From NCBI GenBank assembly GCA_964619975.1, contig CAZUIY010000042.1, forward strand, positions 278-64,277: DNA of 64,000 nt. Reading direction: 5' to 3'. Within the stretch, counting starts at the first letter, position 1. Each line of letters starts with the position of its first letter. A program made the translations under genes and the position numbers. The notes under the pieces are model-generated. The model had not been told where the DNA came from. It saw only the letters and a list, made by a program, of their open reading frames with translations, and ran no database searches. Below are positions 17,662 through 26,903 of this stretch, in pieces. The DNA comes from an uncultured Gemmatimonadales bacterium. GTDB lineage: Bacteria; Gemmatimonadota; Gemmatimonadetes; JACCXV01; JAHWKZ01.

Positions 17662-20143
17662 CCCCTCTGCTTTTCATCCAGTGAAGCGGCCAGTTCGCCC
17701 CGTGCTTCTTCTCGAATTCCCGAACCAGGTTTACATCATCGATCCCGCTCACGCCCGCGAAACTCAAGGCAACGTCGCCCAGTTTCAAATCGAACATCCG
17801 ACGACCAAGCGGAGAACGGTAGTAATACTGCCGCTTGTATTGCGCCCGCTTGAGATTCATGATTTCCCCTTGGCTCAAGCCGAACTTTTCATACAGATCA
17901 GCCGGGCCGGGATTTTCGCCAGACCCCCTGGAATCAGCTTCCTTGTTCGGCAAGAAAATCTTTGTCGGACAGTTCTCAAGAATCACATCGAGCAGCCCTG
18001 AATGGGAAAGATCGGACAGGCTTTGCGTGGCAAGCCATAATCCGGCGTTGAGCTTCCGAAGCTCCTTGAACCATTTGCGGAGATTTTCCCGGGCAACCTC
18101 GGTTGTGAACATGACCCATGCTTCGTCCATCAAGATGATCGTCGGCTGACCTTTGAGTCTTTTTTCGGTGCGACGGAACAAGTACGAGAGAACCGGAACC
18201 GCATTCTTTGGCCCGAGGCTCATCAGGGTGTCAATCTCGTACACAATCAGGTGAGACTCACTCAGCACGTCATGGGTCCCGTTCAGGAGGGTTCCCAACC
18301 CGCCACCTGGGTTTGCATAGCCTTTCATCGCGTCGTGAATGCCGCTGTCTTGCACTGTGTAAAGGAATGACTCAATGCTGCGGGTTTCTTTCGGGGCGCG
18401 ACTCATCAGTGCCAGCGCTTCGCTAACCAAGCCTCTCTGGCGCACGGTCATGGGGTGTCCTGTCTGCAACTCAAAGCACAGTTCCAGCCATTCTGAAGCC
18501 CACAGCCTGTCTGAAGCCGCATCTATCTCCGCCAGCGGAGCAAGCTGCAAGTCAGAACCGTCTGCGCCGATGTCGTAATGATTGCCTCCTGTCGCCGTGC
18601 ACATTGCATACATGGAATAGCGCTTGTCGAAACAGACAACGTTTGCGTGTTCCACTGTTCCATCGGGCCGGGGCTTGGATGCATATCTCAGGAATTGAGC
18701 GGCAAACATGCCAAACAACGTGGACTTGCCAGCACCCGTGGGGCCAAGCACGACACCGTGGCCCACGTCTTCGACGTGGGTGTTCACCCTGAATGGGGTG
18801 CTGCCAGAAGCAATTGCGTACATCAGCGGAGGCGAATTCTCGGGGAAGAAGGAGCATGGACTCGACTTCAGTCCGGGCCACATGCTGGACAGTGGCATTA
18901 AATCCGCCAGGTTCATCGAATTGATGAATGGCTGGCGAACGTTTTCCCGCATGTGTCCGGGCAGGCTCCCGCGCCAAGCTTCGGCGGCGTTCTCCGTCTC
19001 TATCATGGCGTGAAACCCGATGGACTCCACCTGTGCATGAACGTAATCGGCAACACGAGAGAGATACCCTCGATCCTCATTCATCAGAATGATCACCGAT
19101 GTATAGTAGCCCCCGGATATTTCGCCGCTTTTCATGTCCTTGATTGCTTGCGCTGTATCAAGGCTCATGGCCTGAGCGTCCAGGTCATCGCGGCCTTCTC
19201 CGCCCCTTGCGCGGCTCGACTGCGAAAAAACATCTCCTTTGGCCCATTGGTTCCAGTGTTTGAAACGCTTGTCCATGACCGCAAGGCTTGTCTGCTGATC
19301 GAGAAAGATAAAGCGCGTAGACCAGCGATATTCAAGCGGCAAATGCTCGAACAGCGCCAGAACGCCGGGCGCGGATGCAGATGGCAAGCCGGTAATGGTG
19401 ACGGCCGCTATGTATTTTTTCCCAAGCTTCGGGGTATCTCCGATCCAGAGATCCTCATTCCCGATCCACGTATCCATGTACATCGGGCAACCGGGAAGGC
19501 GAACCTTTATTTCCTTGCCTGTCAGGCAGCGGCTCAGGTGGTTTACCAGTTCGTCGCTCACGTAGGAGTCATTGCCCACGGATACCGTTATTTTCCCCAT
19601 CCGGTGAAGCAACAGTTCGTTTCGCAATCCTTGATAGAACGTATTTATTTTCTGCTTGAACTCTTCAAGAGATGTATTAAGGTAGGCGTTCTCTCCCTCA
19701 TGCCCCCCACCGGAATGAAACAAGGCGGCGAATCTCGTTGCCGAACTGGATGGGGGGCGATAGTTGAAAACTATTGCGTATTCTGTTTCAAAGCAGGCGC
19801 CAATCGATCCGAACATCTCCCTGCGTTCGGCATCGATAAGTGCGGAGACAGGGTCAGGAAAGTAGCACTCGGACGGGTCGGGGTAGTTTGGTGACGTTAC
19901 TCTGATTGCGTCTATCCAGACTGCCCAGCCAGTGCCGAAGCGGTGCAGGTAGTTGTTGACCATTGCCGTTAGATAATTCTTGTCCTCGTCCGAGGAACTG
20001 TCTGGATCATTTCCCTGAAAGTAGAAGCCAGCCAAAAGGGAGCCGTCCTTGCACAGCACGATCCCTTCATCAATAGGCACGGCATAATTCAGCAGATCAG
20101 AGAAGCCCGCTTCTTCTTTCTTCCGAGAAAACAGCATCATCAA
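17636..20143 (-). CDS. trbE: TrbE/VirB4 ATPase
   Basis: It is 835 aa. Walker A reads GPTGAGKST and Walker B reads IILMDEAW. Confidence 0.95.
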   Translation of the reverse strand: MMMLFSRKKEEAGFSDLLNYAVPIDEGIVLCKDGSLLAGFYFQGNDPDSSSDEDKNYLTAMVNNYLHRFGTGWAVWIDAIRVTSPNYPDPSECYFPDPVSALIDAERREMFGSIGACFETEYAIVFNYRPPSSSATRFAALFHSGGGHEGENAYLNTSLEEFKQKINTFYQGLRNELLLHRMGKITVSVGNDSYVSDELVNHLSRCLTGKEIKVRLPGCPMYMDTWIGNEDLWIGDTPKLGKKYIAAVTITGLPSASAPGVLALFEHLPLEYRWSTRFIFLDQQTSLAVMDKRFKHWNQWAKGDVFSQSSRARGGEGRDDLDAQAMSLDTAQAIKDMKSGEISGGYYTSVIILMNEDRGYLSRVADYVHAQVESIGFHAMIETENAAEAWRGSLPGHMRENVRQPFINSMNLADLMPLSSMWPGLKSSPCSFFPENSPPLMYAIASGSTPFRVNTHVEDVGHGVVLGPTGAGKSTLFGMFAAQFLRYASKPRPDGTVEHANVVCFDKRYSMYAMCTATGGNHYDIGADGSDLQLAPLAEIDAASDRLWASEWLELCFELQTGHPMTVRQRGLVSEALALMSRAPKETRSIESFLYTVQDSGIHDAMKGYANPGGGLGTLLNGTHDVLSESHLIVYEIDTLMSLGPKNAVPVLSYLFRRTEKRLKGQPTIILMDEAWVMFTTEVARENLRKWFKELRKLNAGLWLATQSLSDLSHSGLLDVILENCPTKIFLPNKEADSRGSGENPGPADLYEKFGLSQGEIMNLKRAQYKRQYYYRSPLGRRMFDLKLGDVALSFAGVSGIDDVNLVREFEKKHGANWPLHWMKSRGVDYEKYVR

Positions 20144-20442
20144 TATTCCTCTTTCCCTTTTTTCGTCCTGTGTAGCACGGAGGTAGCCGGATAGTGATCC
20201 TTATATGCGATGTGGCGAAAATAGACTTCCTTGATCATCGGGTCACGTTTCGTGGCGCGGCGAAGCAGGAAAATCACCACAAGGAAAAAGAGCGCCCCCA
20301 AGCCAACACCCATTGGCTGCTTGACCATCAACCCTATGAAGATAGAGATAAGGCCAACAAAGATGACGGTATCCCTGTCACAGCCAAGCAGCAGTTGTAC
20401 CCTGGTCAAGGATTTGTACATGTTTGTTTTACGCAGGCTCAT
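20140..20442 (-). CDS. trbD: TrbD/VirB3 family protein
   Basis: It is 100 aa with two TM segments and is coupled to trbE. Confidence 0.85.
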   Translation of the reverse strand: MSLRKTNMYKSLTRVQLLLGCDRDTVIFVGLISIFIGLMVKQPMGVGLGALFFLVVIFLLRRATKRDPMIKEVYFRHIAYKDHYPATSVLHRTKKGKEEY

Positions 20443-20795
20443 GGGCGGAGGGTGGCGGCAATCACTTCAATTTCTTCGGGAGAAATAACAGCACCACCGA
20501 AAAGAAGCGTCATCACCTGGGGGGCGGCAATGAACAGACCGATACCGGACAGGATCGTGATAGCGCCTGTTGTCAGGTTTCCAAGGTTCCCGGTGATCCA
20601 CTGATACCCAAGATACAGAATCGCGCATACGCCAAGGCCCAGCGCGAACGGGCCGGTTGCGAAGCGAATGAACGTGTCAATCGCTCCTTCCCCCGGCAAG
20701 CCGGTTCTCGCGTTGTTGATGAAGGCCGACGCATCGGATACGGCAAGTAGAAGCGGAAGAGCCAGAAAGAACCATCTTTGAGTAAAAATTTTCAT
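20439..20795 (-). CDS. trbC: TrbC/VirB2 pilin precursor
   Basis: It has a long signal peptide and two hydrophobic segments, and is 118 aa. Confidence 0.8.
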   Translation of the reverse strand: MKIFTQRWFFLALPLLLAVSDASAFINNARTGLPGEGAIDTFIRFATGPFALGLGVCAILYLGYQWITGNLGNLTTGAITILSGIGLFIAAPQVMTLLFGGAVISPEEIEVIAATLRP

Positions 20796-20810
20796 GAAAA
20801 ACGCTCCTGT

Positions 20811-21023
20811 TTATAGTAAGGAAAACACTGCAAAAGCCACCGTCAAGACGGTCAAGCCGTACCTGATCAGAGTAAGAAGCCCTCGCTTGATACCGTCGCG
20901 CATGAAGATGAAACCCAGGAACAACAAAACACCCCACAACCATGACTTCATGCCCTTGTCGTTGACCCAGGTCGCAGGCTCCAATGTCCCGATGAAATCG
21001 ACCATAAAAATTAACTTGTCCAC
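20811..21023 (-). CDS. Small hypothetical membrane protein between trbB and trbC
   Basis: It is 70 aa with two TM segments. Its start overlaps the trbB stop by 13 nt. Confidence 0.4.
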   Translation of the reverse strand: MDKLIFMVDFIGTLEPATWVNDKGMKSWLWGVLLFLGFIFMRDGIKRGLLTLIRYGLTVLTVAFAVFSLL

Positions 21024-21991
21024 TTAACCCCCGCTTCCTCGATCAAATAATGTCCGTTGCTGTGCCCTTTCACATTCACGACCTCCCGTACCGAGGGCTT
21101 CCCTGCCACCCGCGCAACGAAGATAATCGTATCGATAACACTCGCCACCAAATCTTTTTGGGAGGATGAACTAACCACGGATACCAGTTTTTCAACTCGC
21201 ATCAAAGCATCAATGGCCGAATTTGCGTGAATCGTCGCAACCCCCCCGGGGTGCCCCGTATTCCAGGCCATGAGCATCGTCAACGTGGGCTTCGGATCGC
21301 GCACTTCTCCGACAATGATCCTGTCCGGGTTATATCTCAGTGTGTCCGTCAGCAACTCATCAAGATCGATCACGCCCTTAATTGCCTTTAAAGACACGTG
21401 ATTCTTGGAGCGGCACCTGATTTCCCTCGTGTCCTCCAGAATCATCAGCCTGTCAGATGGCGTGGCCTCCGAGATATGCCCTATGACCGCATTCGCCAAA
21501 GTCGTTTTGCCGCTTCCAGTGCCGCCAGCAATAAGAATGTTTTTCTTCGGTTTGTGAGCGTCATTCGGATCAAACACAGCTTGCTCTATCGCCTCGCGCT
21601 GAAACTTGCTCATGACACCCTGAGTAATGTAATCAGCCAAGGATAGCGGTTGAATCATGTGCTTCCGAATCGAAAACACAGGTGCGGCCGATACCGGCGG
21701 AATCGCTGCCTGAAACCTCGAACCATCAATCGGCAATTCGCACGAAAGGGTGGGCTTCAAGTCATTTATAACCGTTCCGGTCATTACCGCGACAGTTCCG
21801 ATAAATGCCTTTGCCCTCCACGCATCCATGGAACCTGCCTCTTTTGCTGGCGCACCGAAACTCTCCGCCCACAGAATTCCATCTTCATTCAGCATAATTT
21901 CGATCACCGCAGGATCATCCAGCAAGCCCTTGATGACCGGCCCCATGTCAAGGTTCAGCTTGCCGAGACCGCCCGTTGATTTGGAATCCAT
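21011..21991 (-). CDS. trbB: TrbB/VirB11 secretion ATPase
   Basis: Walker A reads AGGTGSGKTT. The RIIVGEVR and His-box regions are present. Confidence 0.92.
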   Translation of the reverse strand: MDSKSTGGLGKLNLDMGPVIKGLLDDPAVIEIMLNEDGILWAESFGAPAKEAGSMDAWRAKAFIGTVAVMTGTVINDLKPTLSCELPIDGSRFQAAIPPVSAAPVFSIRKHMIQPLSLADYITQGVMSKFQREAIEQAVFDPNDAHKPKKNILIAGGTGSGKTTLANAVIGHISEATPSDRLMILEDTREIRCRSKNHVSLKAIKGVIDLDELLTDTLRYNPDRIIVGEVRDPKPTLTMLMAWNTGHPGGVATIHANSAIDALMRVEKLVSVVSSSSQKDLVASVIDTIIFVARVAGKPSVREVVNVKGHSNGHYLIEEAGVKWTS

Positions 21992-22046
21992 TTTTGCCGC
22001 GTATCCTTTTGAATTTCCTTAATGCATATATGTATCATAGCACATA

Positions 22047-22065
22047 TTATGTATGATAATACATA
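22047..22065. promoter_or_regulatory. Operator copy 1 (TTATGTATGATAATACATA) in the trbB promoter region
   Basis: It matches 22386-22404 at 18 of 19 positions and contains the dyad ATGTAT-GATA-ATACAT. It overlaps a candidate minus-strand promoter (TTGAAT-16-TATTAT). Confidence 0.5.
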
Positions 22066-22106
22066 TTCCAGAGAATAATTCAAGCAAAAATTGCCAATTT
22101 CAGACG

Positions 22107-22352
22107 CTATTCTTTGGGGGTGAGAAGCTTGCAGAGCGGTTGCCGGACTACTTCCGCAAGGACAATTGCGTTATCCAGGCTGATGTTGCTTTTTGCTGTT
22201 TCGATGCGTGACAGGAATGATTGCGTGAGACCGGTAAGTTTAACCACGTCTTCCTGAGTAAGCCCGGCTTCGGTTCGGGCTTGCCGCAGGTTTCTGGCGA
22301 ACACTCGTCTTTTTTTGTGAATTATCTCTTTCTTGCCGGGGTGCTCTGCCAT
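22107..22352 (-). CDS. XRE-family HTH transcriptional regulator (candidate transfer-gene repressor)
   Basis: HTH reads LTQEDVVKLTGLTQSFLSRIETAKSNISLDN. It lies immediately upstream of trbB. Confidence 0.8.
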   Translation of the reverse strand: MAEHPGKKEIIHKKRRVFARNLRQARTEAGLTQEDVVKLTGLTQSFLSRIETAKSNISLDNAIVLAEVVRQPLCKLLTPKE

Positions 22353-22385
22353 GATGATCCAGGAAATATTGCCTCATTATTGATC

Positions 22386-22404
22386 TTATGAATGATAATA
22401 CATA
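22386..22404. promoter_or_regulatory. Operator copy 2 (TTATGAATGATAATACATA) upstream of the XRE regulator gene
   Basis: It shares an identical 13-mer ATGATAATACATA with copy 1 and lies 34-52 nt upstream of the regulator start codon. Confidence 0.5.
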
Positions 22405-22441
22405 ATTCACAATACAACCGGCAACTTTCATGTCTCCCCCG

Positions 22442-22750
22442 TTACTGCCGCATTTTATGCATCAACACACCGGGGGCTGGGCGGGAGATGGTTCCGGTTC
22501 GCGTTTCCTCGATACCTCCGGCTTCTTCGGATGCTTCAGGCTTCTGCTCAACGATAAAACCAGATCCACGGCCGCCTGTCACGCGCATGTGGTCTATCTC
22601 CACTTTCGCAACGTTGATCATGACCTGAGCTACGTCCGCAATGGCTTTTGCGCGATCAAGCTCAATCGGATTTTCCTTGTCCAGCAACCCCTCGATGGTC
22701 TCTCCAAGCCGTTGACGCAACGATTCGCTGGTATATTTTTCACGTGCCAC
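22442..22750 (-). CDS. Hypothetical protein (102 aa)
   Basis: It is an intact ORF that overlaps the upstream HNH gene stop by 11 nt. Confidence 0.5.
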   Translation of the reverse strand: MAREKYTSESLRQRLGETIEGLLDKENPIELDRAKAIADVAQVMINVAKVEIDHMRVTGGRGSGFIVEQKPEASEEAGGIEETRTGTISRPAPGVLMHKMRQ

Positions 22751-23252
22751 TGTTTTTCTCCCTTCTGTTTATATGTTTGACGATCCTGATCCGAAGATGA
22801 ATCAGTTCCTTTATTTCTTCGGGCAGATTGTGAATCGAATTCTGCGTCAGCAACTCAGATCGGTGGATCAGTGCAAGATTATTTATCGCACAGTTTGTGC
22901 GATCACCGTCCTTGAATTTGAGTGCCATGCCAGGCGGGACCGGTCCGTTCGCCTCTTCCCAATTCCTGATATGCAACTGCATCCATTTGCGCGGCTCACC
23001 GTGCTTGACCCACAGGTACCCGTTCTTGCGTAGTTGCACCGCGCCAACTCTGAGAGTATTCGCAGGCTTCTGATCATCTCTTCTGATAATTGCGCCAGAA
23101 TCTTTCTTGACCCCCATTCTCCATGCTACCAACGCCAGCTGCTTGAGCGTCAGGCCGAAGCGATGCGATAGCTCATCGTTGCTCGTGCAGGGATAAAGCC
23201 GTGAGAATTCGGCTTTTTCCTCTTTTGTCAGGATTCGGTACTTTCGCGGCAT
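22740..23252 (-). CDS. HNH homing-type endonuclease
   Basis: The block HIRNWEEANGPVPPGMALKFKDGDRTNCAINNLALIHRSE fits the HNH_3 pattern. Confidence 0.75.
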   Translation of the reverse strand: MPRKYRILTKEEKAEFSRLYPCTSNDELSHRFGLTLKQLALVAWRMGVKKDSGAIIRRDDQKPANTLRVGAVQLRKNGYLWVKHGEPRKWMQLHIRNWEEANGPVPPGMALKFKDGDRTNCAINNLALIHRSELLTQNSIHNLPEEIKELIHLRIRIVKHINRREKNSGT

Positions 23253-23755
23253 TCCAGCACCTTCCGGCGGATCGTGTAACGATTGATCCCGACTTTCTGC
23301 GCAATCTGAGCGTAAGAGGCGCCCTGGTCGTGCATTTCCACAAGACGGCGCGGCATGATCCCGTACCGCGTCGCAAAATCTTTGTCCGTCTGCTTGGTAC
23401 TCCTGGGGCGCATGTTCGACATCCGTACCCGCGTCGCTCTTTCGTCCGAGAGTTGTTTCAATTCCTCGTCATTAGAGATGTAGATCTGCGCCATCTTCCT
23501 CGATACTCCAATTTGTGTTCCGATGATCTGATTCGACAGTCCGTTTTTGATCATCTCGGCGATACGGTCATGATTCTTCTCGCATCGGCGCCATGACATT
23601 GCTGCTTTTGGCGTTTTTGGTTCCGGGCCTGTTGGCTCGGATATCTGTGGTAGCGGAGCGGGAAAAGTCACCCCATATAGAAGCGCCGCGGTCGAATAGG
23701 ATGGAATCGGTTCGCCTGGCTTGCGTTTCCGAACGATATGAACGTGCTCGGTCAC
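23228..23755 (-). CDS. DNA-binding protein with two HTH-like segments
   Basis: The two segments are NGLSNQIIGTQIGVSRKMAQIY and QGASYAQIAQKVGINRYTIRRK. The true start is uncertain. Confidence 0.45.
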   Translation of the reverse strand: MTEHVHIVRKRKPGEPIPSYSTAALLYGVTFPAPLPQISEPTGPEPKTPKAAMSWRRCEKNHDRIAEMIKNGLSNQIIGTQIGVSRKMAQIYISNDEELKQLSDERATRVRMSNMRPRSTKQTDKDFATRYGIMPRRLVEMHDQGASYAQIAQKVGINRYTIRRKVLECRESTES

Positions 23756-23958
23756 AACGAAACCCTCTCTATCTCGATGGGTATATCCATTTCCATGGCT
23801 GCTTCTTCCGACAGCATGATCTGCCGGGCCATCTCCTGCTCATAAATCCACCGGTTAACCTCGGCATTGCGATTACCCAGGATCGCCAACAGGCAAATGA
23901 AGGAGAAAACGTACATCAGGTTTAAGAATGTTTTCATGTTGCCCTCCAATCCCGGCAA
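23752..23958 (-). CDS. Small membrane protein (68 aa)
   Basis: It has one TM segment (VFSFICLLAILG) and is coupled to the downstream gene. Confidence 0.4.
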   Translation of the reverse strand: MPGLEGNMKTFLNLMYVFSFICLLAILGNRNAEVNRWIYEQEMARQIMLSEEAAMEMDIPIEIERVSL

Positions 23959-23990
23959 GCAAACGCCTGCCGGGAAGAATAAAATATATT

Positions 23991-24401
23991 TTAGAAAGGG
24001 ATGTCGTCATCCAGCGAATTCTCTGCCGATTTCGCGGCAGTCTTGCCCTGGCTGGCGCTCTTTTGCTTGCTGCCAAGCATTTGCATCTTGTCCACAACTA
24101 CCTTTGTCGCGTACTTTTCGACCCCGGACTTATCCGTGTATTTCTCGGTTCTGAGCGCACCCTCGACAAATATGGACTCGCCTTTTTTAAGATGCTCTCC
24201 GACCGCTTCGGCCAGCTTGCGAAAGAACGTGAGGTTGACGTACTCGACACGCTCCTTTTTCTCGCCATTCTTGTCCTTCCAGGTTTCGTTGCAGGCGATT
24301 GACACGTTTGTTACCGCGTCGCCATTGGGCATGTAGCGAGTTTCAGGGTCTTTCGTGAGGTTGCCGATACCGCTCCATCTGTTCAGTGAGGCCATAATCA
24401 T
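23991..24401 (-). CDS. ssb: Single-stranded DNA-binding protein
   Basis: It has an OB-fold N-terminus (GNLTKDPETRYMPNGDAVTNVSIA) and an acidic tip DDDIPF. Confidence 0.92.
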   Translation of the reverse strand: MIMASLNRWSGIGNLTKDPETRYMPNGDAVTNVSIACNETWKDKNGEKKERVEYVNLTFFRKLAEAVGEHLKKGESIFVEGALRTEKYTDKSGVEKYATKVVVDKMQMLGSKQKSASQGKTAAKSAENSLDDDIPF

Positions 24402-25312
24402 TCTCCTTTCGATTCGTTGATTTCACGCTGACGGATTGCTTCTTTCTCTTCGGGCGTGGGTTCCCAGTCCGACGAAACCTGTTCTTGTATTTCTCCGGTT
24501 TCGGTGTCAACAGATTTGGTTTCCTCTTCCGGCACGGGCGCCCAGGTTCCTTCTATGGCGTCCTTGACGGTCAAGTTCTGGCTACCAATTTCCGCCGCAT
24601 CATTCAGGGCTATGGCTGCGGCCATTTCCGCGCTGGCAGGCATGTATTTAAGCACTTGCAGGAGCACAACCTTACGAGCGTACATTTCCATGTTTTCATG
24701 GGCGTAATGGCGCTTGCCGACCTTGTTGTAACGCGCAAGGTGCTTCTTCACGCGGCCTATGGTCCACACTTCGATAACCGGCCATTCCGCGCCCTTGACG
24801 CGACCTATGGCGTAAACGTGGGTCAAGCGGTCAACGTCGAATTCCTCCCCGGGTTTGTGGCTCACGAAAGGCCGGTCCCCAAGGGCATAGTCGAACTCGT
24901 CGCCTTCGAACACGGCTCCCGTCCATGTGGTGGCATTGCCTGAACGGTTAGTCAGGTCAACCAGTCCTTTCCAACCTGGAACAAACTGGCATTCGACATC
25001 GACAACCTTCCACTCTCCGTTGATGTTTTTCTTTTTCTCATAGGGAATCAGATATGATCGACCGAGGGTGTCCGGCTCCAATCCAAGCTGGCTTGCCTGG
25101 ATGACTGCGGCAAACACGCTGCGCGGATCGCATTCCGCGAGCTTTGGGGTGCGTCGGAAAGCGGTGAGGGCAATCCGAGACATCCGATCCGGGCTCAAGT
25201 GGCGGGGCAGTGCGCGTGCAATCTCATTCTTGAATTGCTCAAGCATTGCCGGGAAGTTCTTTGGTTTCTTCGATTCGCCGTTTACTGCGGCTTTCAGTGC
25301 GGTGGCGCTCAT
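24398..25312 (-). CDS. recT: RecT-family single-strand annealing recombinase
   Basis: FAAVIQASQLGLEPDTLGRSYLIPY and the overall RecT layout are present. It is coupled to ssb. Confidence 0.85.
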   Translation of the reverse strand: MSATALKAAVNGESKKPKNFPAMLEQFKNEIARALPRHLSPDRMSRIALTAFRRTPKLAECDPRSVFAAVIQASQLGLEPDTLGRSYLIPYEKKKNINGEWKVVDVECQFVPGWKGLVDLTNRSGNATTWTGAVFEGDEFDYALGDRPFVSHKPGEEFDVDRLTHVYAIGRVKGAEWPVIEVWTIGRVKKHLARYNKVGKRHYAHENMEMYARKVVLLQVLKYMPASAEMAAAIALNDAAEIGSQNLTVKDAIEGTWAPVPEEETKSVDTETGEIQEQVSSDWEPTPEEKEAIRQREINESKGE

Positions 25313-25325
25313 CTTTTTTATCTCC

Positions 25326-26255
25326 TTATCTGAGTCTCAGGACTCTGTACTCTTTGGTTTTGCGGAATGCTGAAACTATCTCGGGGTGTGTTTCTTCGAT
25401 GGCTTTAACGTCTAATCGCGTCGTGGCCTGGGTCTTCCATGTTGCAATAGGTCGGTCCCGGTAAAGCAGGGTTGCAGCTTCTCCCATCCGGGCTTTCAGT
25501 GTCGTTTCCAGTGTTTCTATTTCCTTCTCAAGCATCCGGGCCTGGGCTTTCCGGTCCTTTAATTCCTGGCAGACAAGAACAAGCTCGTCGTCCGCTTCAG
25601 CCACGGTCCCGCCGTCTTTCGCGTACAACCATTTCACATCGGACGGCTCTTTTGGTTCCGGGGGGTTCCTTGTTTGTACTCGGTTCCAGAATGCGATTTC
25701 CTTTTCCCGAATCATGGCAATGAGTTCATCATCCCGGGCCATTTCGTGAATCCTCAGATCATCCGCGCCTATCAGGGCGGCGATGATCATTCTCTTGCGC
25801 GGCTTGATCATCAGGCCGTGCATCCCCTGGGCGACGTAGTAGATTGGAATCTCGTCGGTTCCTTCCTCTCCCCAATCCTTGGCTGCGAACGGATGGACGG
25901 TCTTGATTTCCGAGGGAATGTCCTCGCCGTCCACCATCAACTCAATGTCGATTTCGCATTGAAGAAAGGGATGTTCCGGATCGTGGTAACGGGCATTCCT
26001 GGCAATCACCTCAACTTCATGGCCGCGTCCAAGTAATTCATCCACAAGCATTTCAACCACAACCGGCTCCCAGCGTTTACCACGGTTAAGTACCTTGTCG
26101 CGGGCCTTGTTCGATTCCTCTACAAAAGCTCCAATCTTTTCCTGGTACAACTGGAACTCAGTCTTCCAGCGCGATACCCCAAGAATCGCAGCAACATCGC
26201 TGCCTCCTATAAACTTGGTTCTGTCCGGTTTTACTTGAATGATTGGTGCGTTCAT
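25326..26255 (-). CDS. YqaJ/lambda-Exo-like 5'-3' exonuclease
   Basis: KFIGGSDVAAILGVSRWKTEFQLYQEK and PD-(D/E)XK-type blocks are present. It lies upstream of recT. Confidence 0.85.
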   Translation of the reverse strand: MNAPIIQVKPDRTKFIGGSDVAAILGVSRWKTEFQLYQEKIGAFVEESNKARDKVLNRGKRWEPVVVEMLVDELLGRGHEVEVIARNARYHDPEHPFLQCEIDIELMVDGEDIPSEIKTVHPFAAKDWGEEGTDEIPIYYVAQGMHGLMIKPRKRMIIAALIGADDLRIHEMARDDELIAMIREKEIAFWNRVQTRNPPEPKEPSDVKWLYAKDGGTVAEADDELVLVCQELKDRKAQARMLEKEIETLETTLKARMGEAATLLYRDRPIATWKTQATTRLDVKAIEETHPEIVSAFRKTKEYRVLRLR

Positions 26256-26314
26256 GTCTTCATCCCTCTGAATTGGTCCCGGCTTTTGTCCAGTGCCGGG
26301 GAACTGGGAGGGGG

Positions 26315-26650
26315 TTAATCGTTCGCTTCAAGCTGTGCCGCTGCCTGTTGCACGGCTTCTCTCAAGGTCTTTCCGATTACCGCAAACGGAAGATCGTCGC
26401 TATGCAATGTCCAGTGGCCCACTTTCAAATCCGTCCCTCTGTGCCAGGTCAGTTGCGCGGCGTTCTCGGCAACCCAGTCAATAATTTCCTTGTCCGTCAT
26501 GTCCAGAGGCGCGGGGATGCTTTGCGTCCATGCTTCCCGATACCACTTTTCCCATGCTGCTGCTGACGTTCTCATCGTCATTTCTCCTGAAAAGAACGCG
26601 GACACGAATCGAACGTGTTTTGGTGTGATCCCGCTACCAGCACCTAGCAC
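26315..26650 (-). CDS. Hypothetical protein (111 aa)
   Basis: It is an intact ORF in the leftward early operon. Confidence 0.5.
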   Translation of the reverse strand: MLGAGSGITPKHVRFVSAFFSGEMTMRTSAAAWEKWYREAWTQSIPAPLDMTDKEIIDWVAENAAQLTWHRGTDLKVGHWTLHSDDLPFAVIGKTLREAVQQAAAQLEAND

Positions 26651-26661
26651 CGCGTAACCAT

Positions 26662-26787
26662 TTAATCCAGCGCACCAAGAAGAATCTTGTCGTCTTCCTT
26701 GTCCCTCGGGGAATCGGCGCGCCAGAGCTTGATAAACATTGGAACCATCACAGCCAGGCCAATCAGCATCCCGATAATCCAGTCCAT
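26662..26787 (-). CDS. Possible 41-aa membrane peptide (below the ORF-table cutoff)
   Basis: Read by hand as MDWIIGMLIGLAVMVPMFIKLWRADSPRDKEDDKILLGALD, with a GAGGGA SD upstream. Confidence 0.3.
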   Translation of the reverse strand: MDWIIGMLIGLAVMVPMFIKLWRADSPRDKEDDKILLGALD

Positions 26788-26903
26788 GATTTATCCCTCG
26801 AAAAAGTGCGCCTGTCTTTCCAGGCTGTCAGCTTGCTTAAGGCGGTTACTTATACCCTTACAGGCTTTTTAACGAGGCCGAGCCCTCGAAGCGTGCTGCT
26901 CTC

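Larger units (their letters stand above)
4213..22352. mobile_element. IncP/RP4-like conjugative transfer module (MOBP relaxosome, T4CP and MPF-T type IV secretion system)
   Basis: The gene set and gene order match the RP4 Tra1 core (traM-L-K, oriT, traJ-I-G-F) and Tra2 core (trbB-C-D-E-J-K-L-F-G-H-I). All ORFs are intact. Confidence 0.85.
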
